NCBI GenBank assembly: GCA_965216025.1
Contig: CBDCEX010000017.1
Coordinates: 307,390 to 371,389 of the forward strand
Length of the DNA: 64,000 nt
Source of the DNA: Dehalococcoidia bacterium
GTDB lineage: Bacteria > Chloroflexota > Dehalococcoidia > Lucifugimonadales > UBA3495
Reading direction: 5' to 3'
Shown: positions 30,267-39,774 of the stretch, piece after piece
Layout of the letters: each line of letters opens with the position of its first letter
How positions within the stretch are numbered: the stretch's first letter is position 1
The notes under the pieces: generated by a model
What the model was told of the DNA's origin: nothing
The model's database searches: none
What the model saw: the letters and a program-made list of their open reading frames with translations, nothing else
Position numbers and translations under genes: made by a program

Positions 30267-30529
30267 GCAGCCTCCTTGTTGATTCGGAGTGTTGAATCAC
30301 CCAGCAATTAGGGAAAGCCCCGGTTGCAGAAGGATTAGCTGAGGGATTAAAGGGATTATAGATAGCTGAGCCGGGGGAGGCAAGGTTGACCCCGTCATTT
30401 GGGGAGTCTAGAATGGGTGGCTCAGCGACCGGTAGCGAGCCGCTCCTTCAGCGACTCCTCTCCTTGGAGGCCGGCCGCTCCTTTTTTGGCAAACCACTCG
30501 GGCATTGTATGCCGCTGCAACTTGCGCCT

Positions 30530-31290
30530 CTATCCTGGCAGCACAATGACAGCAGCCAGCAATTTGAAACATTCGCCGTTAAATGGCTCCCCCAAACTGA
30601 TGGTCAAGAATACGCGGTCTGTACGGCTGATTCCCACCTCTTCGGAACTGTGCACGCCACTCGGCAGCAGCGACAGCCTTTGCTCCCACTCTGGATCAGT
30701 GACCGGCAGATCAAATGAACGACCACCCAGGGCAAATCCTGCCCTAATTTGCCTCCTGCCCCGGGGCGATTGGGTGATCCTCCAGCGAACATTTGAGGGT
30801 TCCACCAGCGTCAATGAGGCTGCGGCTGGTTTTCCATTAAAATTGGAATAGCTAACTCGGTCTCTGTTATCGCCCAGAAGGTCGGGAGCAAGAAACAGAG
30901 ATTTCTCTAATAGCGTCAAAGCCCGGGCTCCACTAATCTTCTCTATTAACTTCCAGCTGGGGGGCCCAGGAGCCAGTCAATCAACCCCCAGCCTTCCCTA
31001 CCCAGAACCCAATTCTCCGGTTGGTGTGGTTCGGGTCGTGCCTCGGCAACATCCGCTTCCACCACGTCAAACAGTGCCACCTGCCTGCCATTTGCTAGAG
31101 TGTAGTGGCTCCGGGAGAGGGTACCGGAGGAGCTTCGGCTGACCACCCGAATCCATCCCTGCCCTCCAGTTTGTATGCCAGCCACGCATCTTCCGGAGAG
31201 TTTCCGCGAATTAGCCAGGCACATAAAGGTAACTTTCATGAATCCCAGGTTCTTTGTTTCCATCAAGCAACCCAAGGACCTCCGTTTCAC
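30530..31290 (-). pseudogene. conserved hypothetical protein split at a C6 run (ORFs 30946-31290 and 30530-30919)
   Basis: N-terminal part MKVTFMCLANSRKLSGRCVAG...WIRVVS. C-terminal part ...FDLPVTDPEWE...CFKLLAAVIVL. Adding one C to GGCCCCCCAGC (~30955-30965) fuses them as ...LLGPPSWKLIEKISGARALTLLEK.... Confidence 0.45.
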
Positions 31291-31327
31291 TTCCTGAAAG
31301 TCCCCTGGCTCCAGTCTAGAAACAGTT

Positions 31328-31876
31328 CTAATAAGTCAGCAGGTCTGGAACCCCCTCGGGCAGCTCCACCTCCAGGGCCTGCAAGCTGTGGGCCAGACTG
31401 TGGTAGTAGCCCACCACCAACAGTACATCTATGACCCCGGCATCGCCGACCTGGGATTGCAGTGCTTTATAGCTGCTGTCTGAGATGCGGTGCTGCCGCA
31501 GCAGCTCCAGAACGAACTGGACCACCACCGCGTCCTTGGCATCCAGGCCCGCCGGGGCGCGATACTCGTGAATTGAGGCGACAATCTCGTCCGAGATGTT
31601 GGCTTCCCTGGCGGCGCGCTGATTCACGGTCCACACGTAATGGCCGCAGGCCTCTCGAGCCGCAGTAAGCACGGCCAAAGTTTTAATCCGCGGGTCCAGA
31701 GGAGTTTCGAATCGGGCATACCCGCCCAGAATAGCCATGTGTCTGGCGGCTCCGGGGTTGTTCAAAAGGGCGGCGTAGTTGCGTTGGACCCCGCCGCGGC
31801 TGCCCTCTATCTCGTCCCAAGCCTTCTGTCCTTCCGGAGTCATGCTGTCTCTCTGGGTGAAGGGGACTCTAGCCAT
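31328..31876 (-). CDS. carboxymuconolactone decarboxylase (AhpD-like) family protein
   Basis: 182 aa. AVLTAAREACGHYVWTVNQRAAREANISDEIV...VIDVLLVVGYYHSLAHSL is typical of the CMD/AhpD fold. Confidence 0.75.
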   Translation of the reverse strand: MARVPFTQRDSMTPEGQKAWDEIEGSRGGVQRNYAALLNNPGAARHMAILGGYARFETPLDPRIKTLAVLTAAREACGHYVWTVNQRAAREANISDEIVASIHEYRAPAGLDAKDAVVVQFVLELLRQHRISDSSYKALQSQVGDAGVIDVLLVVGYYHSLAHSLQALEVELPEGVPDLLTY

Positions 31877-32109
31877 AATGATGCTCCTGCCTAAAGTTTA
31901 TGGGTACCACGCCATGAAAGAAAATCCGCAAGAAAATCCCCCCAGCCTCCGTCTCTCGCAGCGACTAGGGGGGATGAAATTTCAACCGGGTGGGGCCGGC
32001 CGGGGGGGCCGGGTGGAACCTCAGTCCGCCGTCTAAGGCAATACTAACGTGGGATCTACCTAGACCGACCTGCCAACCAGTTTGGGGTTCATCCTGGCCC
32101 TAGCTTAGA

Positions 32110-34377
32110 TCAAGCCGGCTGCCCGTTCTTCTCCCACAACGCCTCTAGAACAGCAGCGGGAGACATGGGCAACTCCTGCATTCTGGTGCCTACCGCGTGG
32201 TAAATGGCATTGGCGATGGCCGCCATGGGGGGAACTATGGGCACTTCGCCGACGCCCCGCACGCCGTAGGGATGCCCGGGATTGGCCACTTCCACGATTA
32301 CCGTGTCAATCATTGGCAAGTCCAGGCTGGTGGGCATTCGGTAGTCCAGGAAGCTGGAGTTAACCATGCCCCCTTCCAGGCTGAAGAAATACTCTTCGTT
32401 GAGCGCCCAACCGATGCCCTGAACCACTCCACCCTGGATTTGGCCTTCCACGTAGCTGGGGTGGATCGCCTTGCCGGCATCCTGTACCGCGGTATAGCGA
32501 AGAATTTCTACCTTGCCCGTCTCGGGGTCCACCTCCACGTCGACGATGTGGGTAGCGAAAGCGCCGCCGGCTCCCCGGGGGTCAACGCTGACCTGACTGG
32601 AGATGGGGCCGCCGCTGCTGTTCAACTGGGCTGCCAGCTCCTTGAAGCTCATTTTCAGGTCGGAGTCGGACTTGTGCTGGAAAACGCCATCAACCAGGTC
32701 CACGTCCTCGGCCGAGACATCCCAGATGGTCGCCGCCCGCTCAATCATCTTAACCTTGATCTCCTGAGCGGCTTCGTAACTGGCCCAGCCGGTGGCGAAG
32801 GTGGTGCGGCTGCCTCCGGTGAGGAAGGTATATCCCACCGAGTCGGTATCCCCCACGCTGGGATGAACATCCTCAGCGGGAATACCCAGAACCTCCGCCG
32901 CCTGCATGGCGATGGATGTCCTGGTGCCGCCGATGTCGGTGGAGCCCTCCACCAGGCTGACTGTACCGTCGGCGTTGACACCGATGCTGCAACTGGATTG
33001 CAATCCGATGTTGAACCAGAATCCGGAAGCCACGCCCCGACCCCGATTCGGCCCTTCCAGCTTGGATTGGTAGTGCTCGGTGTCCCGGGCAGCCTCCAGG
33101 CATTCGATATTGCCGACCCTGGGGAAAACCGGACCATCCACCCGCCGGGTGCCCTCCTTGGAACCGTTGAGCAGCCGAAACTCGATGGGGTCCATTCCCA
33201 GCTTATCGCAAATTTCGTCCACCACCGACTCGGCGGCGAAGGCGGCGTTGGGGGCCGCCGGCGCGCGGTAGGCAGCGGTCTTGGGCTTGTTGACCAGCAC
33301 GTCATAGCCGTCCACCTGGGCGTGCTCGATTACGTAAGGAGCGAAAACGCACTGGGCGCCGGCCGATACCATGGATCCGGGGAATCCGCCGGCCTCGTAG
33401 GCCAAATAGGCCTCGGCGGCGGTGATTTTGCCTTCTTTGGTTGCGCCTATTTTCACCTTTATGTAAGTTCCGGAAGTGGGCCCAGTGCTCTCGAAAACAT
33501 CGGCCCGGGGCATTATTAGCTTCACCGGTTGCCCGGTGCTCTTGGAGAGCAGCGCCGCCAGCGGCTCCAGGTAGAGGGGAATTTTGCCTCCGAAGCCGCC
33601 GCCAATCTCCATTGGAACCACCTTGATTTTTGAAACCGGCAGGTCCAGAACCGTGGCCAAGGCGTCGCGAGCGGAGAAAGCGCCCTGGGTGCTGGTCCAG
33701 ATGGTCAATTGGCCATCGGCGTTCCAAAGAGCGCTGGCGTTCTGGGGCTCTATATAACCCTGGTGTACCGTGGCGGTGGTGAATTCCCGCTCGACCACCA
33801 CGTCGGCCTGCTCGAACCCTTTGGCGGTATCTCCCGCCTCGTGGCGGAGATGAGTGGCTATGTTGCTGTGCCGTTCAGTCCTTTCCCCCAGCTCCGTGGT
33901 GGTCAACTCCTCGTGGAGCAGCGGAGCGTCTTCCTTCATCGCCTCCCGTACGTCCACCAGAGTTTGCAACACCTGGTACTCCACCTGGATCAACGAGGCA
34001 GCGATCTCGGCGATATGGGGGCTGGTGGCGGCTACGGCGGCTACCGCGTGGCCCTTGTACAGGACCTTATCCCGGGCCAGCAGATTATCGCTGGCGAAGC
34101 GCTTTCCGCGATCCGGATCTTCCATCCCAGCCACCGGCATGTCTTGCCCGGTTATTACCGCGCGGACGCCGGGGTAGGCCAAAGCCTGGCTGACATCGAT
34201 GGACTTGATCCGGGCATGAGCGTGGGGGCTGCGGAGGACCTGGCCGTGCAGCAACCCAGACATTTGAAAGTCGCCCCCGTATTTGGCCCGGCCGGTAACC
34301 TTGTCGGTACCGTCATGACGGATGGGTCGAGTCCCCACAACCTTGTATTCTACGTTGGATAGCACCACGTTTGGCAT
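32110..34377 (-). CDS. xanthine dehydrogenase/aldehyde oxidase-family molybdopterin-binding subunit
   Basis: GTDKVTGRAKYGGD...LRSPHAHARIKSID...GGGFGGK...AYRAPAAP...GSTDIGGTRTS...EVPIVPPMAAIANAIYHAVG. 755 aa. No adjacent 2Fe-2S or FAD subunit genes. Confidence 0.9.
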   Translation of the reverse strand: MPNVVLSNVEYKVVGTRPIRHDGTDKVTGRAKYGGDFQMSGLLHGQVLRSPHAHARIKSIDVSQALAYPGVRAVITGQDMPVAGMEDPDRGKRFASDNLLARDKVLYKGHAVAAVAATSPHIAEIAASLIQVEYQVLQTLVDVREAMKEDAPLLHEELTTTELGERTERHSNIATHLRHEAGDTAKGFEQADVVVEREFTTATVHQGYIEPQNASALWNADGQLTIWTSTQGAFSARDALATVLDLPVSKIKVVPMEIGGGFGGKIPLYLEPLAALLSKSTGQPVKLIMPRADVFESTGPTSGTYIKVKIGATKEGKITAAEAYLAYEAGGFPGSMVSAGAQCVFAPYVIEHAQVDGYDVLVNKPKTAAYRAPAAPNAAFAAESVVDEICDKLGMDPIEFRLLNGSKEGTRRVDGPVFPRVGNIECLEAARDTEHYQSKLEGPNRGRGVASGFWFNIGLQSSCSIGVNADGTVSLVEGSTDIGGTRTSIAMQAAEVLGIPAEDVHPSVGDTDSVGYTFLTGGSRTTFATGWASYEAAQEIKVKMIERAATIWDVSAEDVDLVDGVFQHKSDSDLKMSFKELAAQLNSSGGPISSQVSVDPRGAGGAFATHIVDVEVDPETGKVEILRYTAVQDAGKAIHPSYVEGQIQGGVVQGIGWALNEEYFFSLEGGMVNSSFLDYRMPTSLDLPMIDTVIVEVANPGHPYGVRGVGEVPIVPPMAAIANAIYHAVGTRMQELPMSPAAVLEALWEKNGQPA

Positions 34378-34654
34378 AGTAAGCTACCTCATATTTTGAC
34401 ATCGGCATCGCCCTGAAAATCCGGGGCGACTCACCGGGTCGATTTTACCATAGCGCCGCCACTGTTACTAACGCTTTTCCGGCGTTTTCCGCTATTCCAC
34501 TTGGTCCAAGCCTTGACCGCCCAGCGCAGAGTATCAATAAGGCCGCAGATATACACCCAAACGGTCGCCATGTATACTGGGGGCCATTCGATTAGCAGAT
34601 TCCTGTAGCAAATTCCCGTGGCAAATTCAAAAATTCGGCTTTCCGGGAGAGGCT

Positions 34655-35896
34655 ATGCAGCCCGAAGCCATGCAACCCTTAGATGATATCCGCGTTCTGG
34701 GGGTAACGGTGTTCCTGGCCGGACCCTACCTGAGCATGAATCTAGCCCGGTTGGGAGCCGAAGTGATCAAGGTGGAGGTACCGGAGCGAGGCGACCCGAT
34801 ACGGGGCAACGGTCCCTTCGCCGGTCCCAAAGGAGTGCATACCACCCGCCAGACTGATCAGGACATATCCACTCGTTTCTTGAAGCGGACTCAGGGCGTC
34901 AAAAGCGTCACCCTGAATTTGAAGGAGCCCGAAGGCCGCCGAATGTTCCTGGAGCTGGCGAAAAAGAGCGACGTCGTGCTGGAAAACCTGGCCCCCGGTT
35001 CCATGCAGCGCCTGGGCCTGGGTTACTCGGAGGTCTCCGAGGTGAATCCGGGGATTATCTATTGCTCGATAGCCGGTTACGGGCAGTTCGGCCCCTATTC
35101 CAGCAAACCAGCTCACGACCCGCAAATTCAGGGCATGAGTGGGATGATGGATATTAACGGCGATGCGGACGGCCCGCCCACCAGGGTGGGTTTTTTCATC
35201 GGCGACCTGGTTACTCCCCTATTCGCCGCTTACTCCATCCTCGCCGCACTGCGGCAGAAGGAACGCAGCGGACAGGGCCAACACCTGGATGTCTCCATGA
35301 TGGACACGCTGACTGCCCTGATGTTCATGGAGAACCTGGAGGAAAGCCTGGAGGCGGGTGAGTCGTTGCGCACCGGCAACATCAGCCGAAGCGGACCGAC
35401 CGGACTGTACCATGCCAGGGACGCCGATATCATCCTGACCGCCGCCAGCGACGACCAGTGGCGCAGGTTGACCGTTGCTCTGGAAGCCCCGGAATTGCTG
35501 GAAGACCCGAGGTTTGAAAGCTACCACAGCCGGGGCATTAACGGCGAGCAGGTTCGCCAGGAAATTCAGCAGCGGGTCGGCTTGCTCACCCGCCAGCAGG
35601 CGCTGGAAATGTTGGAGCGAGGCGACGTTCCCTGCGGGCCGGTCCGGAGCGTGGCGGAGGTAATCGCCGATCAGCACTTCATCGACCGGGGCCCTCTGCA
35701 GCCCTTGCGCCACGGGGCTTTGGAGGAGCCGGTGCCCGGATTCGCGTCGGGATTTCCGGTGATCTTCTCGGGCGGGCCCCTGCCCAAGCTGGCCGGTGCG
35801 CCAACTCTGGGCATGCATAACCAGGACATATACGGCAAGCTGTTGGATTTAGGTGAGCAGGATTTGGCCGGGTTACGTCAGCAGGGGGTTATTTAG
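34655..35896 (+). CDS. family III CoA-transferase (CaiB/BaiF)
   Basis: LDDIRVLGVTVFLAGPYLSMNLARLGAEVIKVE...GYGQFGPYSSKPAHDPQIQGMSGMM...DLVTP. 413 aa. Confidence 0.9.
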   Translation: MQPEAMQPLDDIRVLGVTVFLAGPYLSMNLARLGAEVIKVEVPERGDPIRGNGPFAGPKGVHTTRQTDQDISTRFLKRTQGVKSVTLNLKEPEGRRMFLELAKKSDVVLENLAPGSMQRLGLGYSEVSEVNPGIIYCSIAGYGQFGPYSSKPAHDPQIQGMSGMMDINGDADGPPTRVGFFIGDLVTPLFAAYSILAALRQKERSGQGQHLDVSMMDTLTALMFMENLEESLEAGESLRTGNISRSGPTGLYHARDADIILTAASDDQWRRLTVALEAPELLEDPRFESYHSRGINGEQVRQEIQQRVGLLTRQQALEMLERGDVPCGPVRSVAEVIADQHFIDRGPLQPLRHGALEEPVPGFASGFPVIFSGGPLPKLAGAPTLGMHNQDIYGKLLDLGEQDLAGLRQQGVI

Positions 35897-35966
35897 GAGA
35901 TGCCCCGCCAGCGGTCCGGACGTCCCTTATAGCCAGAGTTACCATTGACGGAGTTACCGGTCTGGC

Positions 35967-36602
35967 ATGACAGCCGAAATGGGCTGGCATATGGAGGGAG
36001 ACCTGCTGGACATGTGTAACTGCGAGTTGCTGTGTCCCTGCCACGTTTCCTTTCGGCAGAAATCGACCTACGACATTTGTGAAGGGCTCTGGATGGCCAA
36101 CATTGACAAAGGGGCCTGGAATCAGCTTAACCTGGATGGGCTGAAGGCCATGATTACTTTCCACTGCCCCAATCCCGTAATGTACGAGGGAGACTGGACT
36201 GCGGTGCTCTATATCGACGAGCGGGCCAGCCCAGAGCAAGAATCCGCACTGACTGGAATATTCTCGGGCCAAGCCGGCGGCCCCTGGGCCAGGATGGCTG
36301 CTTTCTTCAGGGACGGGAAATTCCAGGCGGTCAAGCGGGCCGCCTTCGACTTCACCAAAGAAGATCGAACCTTTCGCGTCAGCACTTCTATGACAACCAA
36401 TGGGGCAACCAATTTGGAAGTTCAAGCCATAGGCGGCGTAAATTCCGAGGACGAGGTGAAGATCACCAATCTACGAAACGTAATTCATGGGACAGAGCAC
36501 ATCATGGCCCGTTCTGACCATAGCGTCGATGATGAAGGATTCCGCTGGGATTACGCGGGCAAAAACGCCCTGTACAGTCGATTCAGTTGGTCCGGGCCCT
36601 AG
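35967..36602 (+). CDS. DUF1326 domain protein
   Basis: N-terminal Cys cluster DMCNCELLCPCHVSF is typical of DUF1326. 211 aa. Confidence 0.7.
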   Translation: MTAEMGWHMEGDLLDMCNCELLCPCHVSFRQKSTYDICEGLWMANIDKGAWNQLNLDGLKAMITFHCPNPVMYEGDWTAVLYIDERASPEQESALTGIFSGQAGGPWARMAAFFRDGKFQAVKRAAFDFTKEDRTFRVSTSMTTNGATNLEVQAIGGVNSEDEVKITNLRNVIHGTEHIMARSDHSVDDEGFRWDYAGKNALYSRFSWSGP

Positions 36603-36683
36603 TGTCTGGAATTTCGCCGTTAGCAGCCATGCTTCCTGACCCAGGAGCGACGGCAGAATCATACCCACAACCTGGTCAAACCC

Positions 36684-37325
36684 ATGCCTCTTTTCAGCCC
36701 ACAGCCCCTTAAAACCAGGTGGCGCTTGGCCATTGGATGGCTGGCCGGCAGCACCTTCTCCTATGGAGCGGGGTTCCCGCTGGGGTTCGCTTTGGGGGGA
36801 ACCCTCCTTTGGGGATGGGTGGTCGCGGGGATCGCTCTAGGGATTCTGCAATGGGTGCTGCTAAGCCATATTCTGCCCCGGCCCGGCTGGTTCGCCCTTA
36901 GTGGCGGAGCCGGATTGGTCCTGGGCGTCGCCGGCGGATTCCTGGTAGCGACCTCCGTCTTCCAGGCCTGGGGACTGGCCCCCGCTTTCGCCGCCATCGG
37001 GGCTCTGGTAGGTCTGTCGGTGGGCGTGATCCAGTGGCTGGCACTGCGGCAACAGGCGGCAAAAAGTATCTGGTGGATCCCGGCCAACATTCTGGGCTAC
37101 ACCGGAGGGCTGCTGGCCGGCGGGCAGGTACCGGAGGTTTTCCCCTTGGCCAGAACCGTCATTTTCGGGCCCGAATTTGGCGTTACCATTGGCTTCACGG
37201 TAGGGGCGGTCACCGGCATCACGTTGCTGTTTATCCTGGCCCAGCCGGCAGCGACCGCGCCGTTGCCCGAGCAGTTCTTGACAGACATCGAACTGGGGAG
37301 TTTTCAAGATGAGATTCAAAGCTAA
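36684..37325 (+). CDS. integral membrane protein, internally duplicated
   Basis: About 6 predicted TM segments. Repeated motif G(I/V)(L/I)QW(V/L)xL (ALGILQWVLLSH / VGVIQWLALRQ). No family recognised. Confidence 0.5.
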   Translation: MPLFSPQPLKTRWRLAIGWLAGSTFSYGAGFPLGFALGGTLLWGWVVAGIALGILQWVLLSHILPRPGWFALSGGAGLVLGVAGGFLVATSVFQAWGLAPAFAAIGALVGLSVGVIQWLALRQQAAKSIWWIPANILGYTGGLLAGGQVPEVFPLARTVIFGPEFGVTIGFTVGAVTGITLLFILAQPAATAPLPEQFLTDIELGSFQDEIQS

Positions 37326-37395
37326 ACCGCTGCGCTCGGTGCTGTTCGTGCCGGGCAACAAGGAAGACTGGATGCGCAAGGCGCCCCAATACGGT
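37309..37395 (+). pseudogene. 5' stub of an HpcH/HpaI aldolase / CitE-like lyase gene, truncated by IS insertion
   Basis: ATG 37309: MRFKAKPLRSVLFVPGNKEDWMRKAPQYG, the RSxLFVPG signature of CitE/HpcH N-termini. The reading frame then runs straight into the IS terminal repeat at 37396. Confidence 0.6.
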
Positions 37396-38066
37396 CCAGG
37401 GTCTTTTCATTCTCCTGCCTGGTAGGTAAAGCCCATCATGTCGAAAGCTTCGCTGAGATGGGCATTGTGGCGGCGTAGGGCAGCGGCTACGTTGGAATGC
37501 CCAGCCCGACGTACCAAGCTGATGACCAGGTTCCGCAGGCCCGCCAGAACCTGAGGGGCGGCCCCAGTGCGCACCTGAGAGCGGTCCTCGTCGAAGGTCA
37601 CATCCCGTACCCAGTGGAGGCGGTTCTCGATGCCCCAGTGCCCACGGGAAAGGCTCAACAATCGCCTGGCATCGGCATCAGTGGCTGGGAGACTGCTAAT
37701 TGCATAGCTCACAGCCACCTGTTTCTTGCCCTTCACGACCCGCTGGCGCTCTAGCCGACACACCTGTTGCAGATGCGGCCACGCTTCCCCGACCGTCCCA
37801 GCGCTGCCCACGTAGCCATTTAGCTCTGGGTCGGCCAAGGCCCACAACTCTCGCCGCTCCAGCCGCCCATGACGCCGCTTTACTGGAGCATCGGCCCAGA
37901 CCGTCAGCTTGGCCCCGCGTGCTCGCCACTCCGCTGCCAGCCAGGGAGGTACGGTTGGGCCACCAGCCCTCTCAGTTCCTAGCAGGGGAAAAAGCCACCT
38001 CCAGGTCTCGGCGCAAGGTGGGCTGATTCTCTTTAACTGGCAGCAGATACTCTCCGCCGCCTGCCA
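37396..38066 (-). mobile_element. ISAs1-like element, copy A: 3' ~670 bp only (truncated)
   Basis: Near-identical inverted copy of 40380-41050, including terminus CCAGGGTCTTTTCATTCTCC (37396-) and the transposase C-terminus ...GHWGIENRLHWVRDVTFDEDRSQ.... It breaks at ~38062-38072 inside a GCCA-A-ATCT microhomology with the IS630 fragment. Confidence 0.8.
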
Positions 38067-38667
38067 AAATCTTCTTCGTAGACGAAGCCCACTTTCGGGC
38101 CGATGCCGATCTGAGGGGGAAATGGGTGCTCAAGGGAGAGCCGGCGCTGGTGGACTCTACCAGTCCTTGGTGGGGAGAGAAGGCCTGCTACTACTCGGGA
38201 GTTTGCTTGGAGGCTGGGGAGGTGGAAGCCATGGAAATAGCCGGCAACAGCAATGCCGAGACCTCCACCGCCTTTTTACGGCAGCTAAGAGAAAAACATC
38301 CTGGACCTCTGGTAGTGATTTGGGACAATGGGCCAGCCCACCGAGGAGAAGCGATTCGCAGCTATTTGACCACCCCTGACTTGCAGCTGAGGCTGGTGGC
38401 CTTACCGGCCTACAGCCCAGACTTCAATGCCGACGAAGCCGTCTGGGACTGGGCCAGGGAAGAGGTCACGGCCAACGAATGCCTGGGAACAAAAGCCCAA
38501 GTCCAAGAGAAGATGAATGCATTCTTCGGCGGACTAGCTCACCGTAAGGATGAAGTGAAACATCGCTGCCGAACCCTGTTACAAGCTCGAGCCGATGCAT
38601 TGATTTTTACACCTTCCCTACCTTTGCCATCGCTGCAAAATGTAGTTCCCACCTTGGCTTTGCTTTA
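38067..38667 (+). mobile_element. IS630-family element, 3' fragment
   Basis: Aligns with 56650-57248 of the full copy with scattered mismatches. Encodes FVDEAHFRADADLRGKWVLKGEPALV...VIWDNGPAHRGEAIR...PAYSPDFNADEAVW. Has the same right terminus ...CCACCTTGGCTTTGCTTTA. Confidence 0.8.
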
Positions 38668-38963
38668 GGTTCCCTTTGAAATCCTCGCCCCAGCTATAAA
38701 CCGGGATTCCCCAGATCAAACCAACTTTCCTGGATATAGCTCCCGCGGGGATACCGCCAAATATAATCCCGCATTCCAAGGGCGTCAAATGCGGTCTGAT
38801 GCGGCCTGATTCACTCAAAGTCCCCGCTTTCATTGGGCAACCACTGTACTGCCAAGCGTAAAAGCCCCAAACCGCTTGTCTACGCCCAAGTCTCGCCCTT
38901 GGGAAGCTCTTTTGCCCTGTGCGACCCCGTAACCGTAACCAATCCCGACGCTCCTAAAGTGGA

Positions 38964-39774
38964 CTAGCCAGGAGCCAGCCTAAGCCGACCAATTCGTTCC
39001 AGTATCCCGCCTAGCATTTCCCGGCTCACGAGCACCTCAGCAAGCTGAAACACCAGCCTTCCGGCATGGCGCACCAACCGTCCTCCAGTCTTGATCATCC
39101 TGGTCTGCAGACTGGTCAACGACCAGTGCTTCATTGCCTCCGGTAAGGCTAGCCTTCTCATGGAGTTGCCCAGGTTGTAAGCCAGTACGAACAACTCCAG
39201 CCTGACCTGATTGGCCACGAACTTGTGGCAGGACAACCTGGTCCAGTTCAGGGCGTACTTGCCTTCTTTTATCCATTGCTCCGCCGTCCCTCGGCCATTG
39301 TAAAAGCGGACTATCCCGATGTTTGGATAGCTCAGATTGGTGACGATGAAGCCCACTCTGGGAAACAGTTCTCCCTGGTGCCACTCCACCTTAGAGACCA
39401 CTCTCCGAGCAACGTTCCAGCTCTGGGCCTGGTAGACGAAGTCATGATAGGAGACGATGGGCTTCGGGGAAAGCCACTCCGTAGGCCGTATTAGCCGGGG
39501 CGCTATCTCCCGCTGCAGCACCTGGTTGGATCGCAGCCTGATGGCGTAGCCGATGTTTCTTGCTTCCAGATAATCGTATATCTCCGGCTTGGCGAAGGCG
39601 GCGTCAGCACGAAACAGCAGCCTGACCGCTGCTGTCAAATAACGCTCCACCACCGGATCAAGGACTTCTTGCCAATCATCGGCACTGTGGACGTTGCCTG
39701 ACCGTAGCTTAGCTGCTTCACAATCCCCGAACTGGTTGAACAGAAAGAGAGGGTGATAGCAGACGCATTCAAAG
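38964..39774 (-). pseudogene. IS1380-family transposase, C-terminal part
   Basis: ...CYHPLFLFNQFGDCEAAKLRSGNVHSADDW...FYNGRGTAEQWIKEGKYALNWTRLSCHKFVANQVRLELFVLAYNLGN.... Confidence 0.8.

Noticed and set aside
29622-30311. 229-aa plus-strand ORF with an internal protein repeat
   Set aside because: It reads antisense through both copies of the 162-bp DNA duplication and through the minus-strand EthD-like gene. The apparent protein repeat is only the DNA duplication.
30386-30851. Plus-strand ORFs (110 and 150 aa) overlapping the split minus-strand gene
   Set aside because: Ser/Pro/Arg-rich with no motifs. The minus-strand frames carry the conserved-looking CLANSRK...GRCVAG and CFKLLAAVIVL motifs.
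37909-38379. ORFs starting MAPRARHSAASQGG..., present twice (37909-38379 plus strand and 40346-40537 minus strand)
   Set aside because: They are antisense frames of the two inverted ISAs1-like copies. The duplication of the 'protein' simply reflects the IS duplication.
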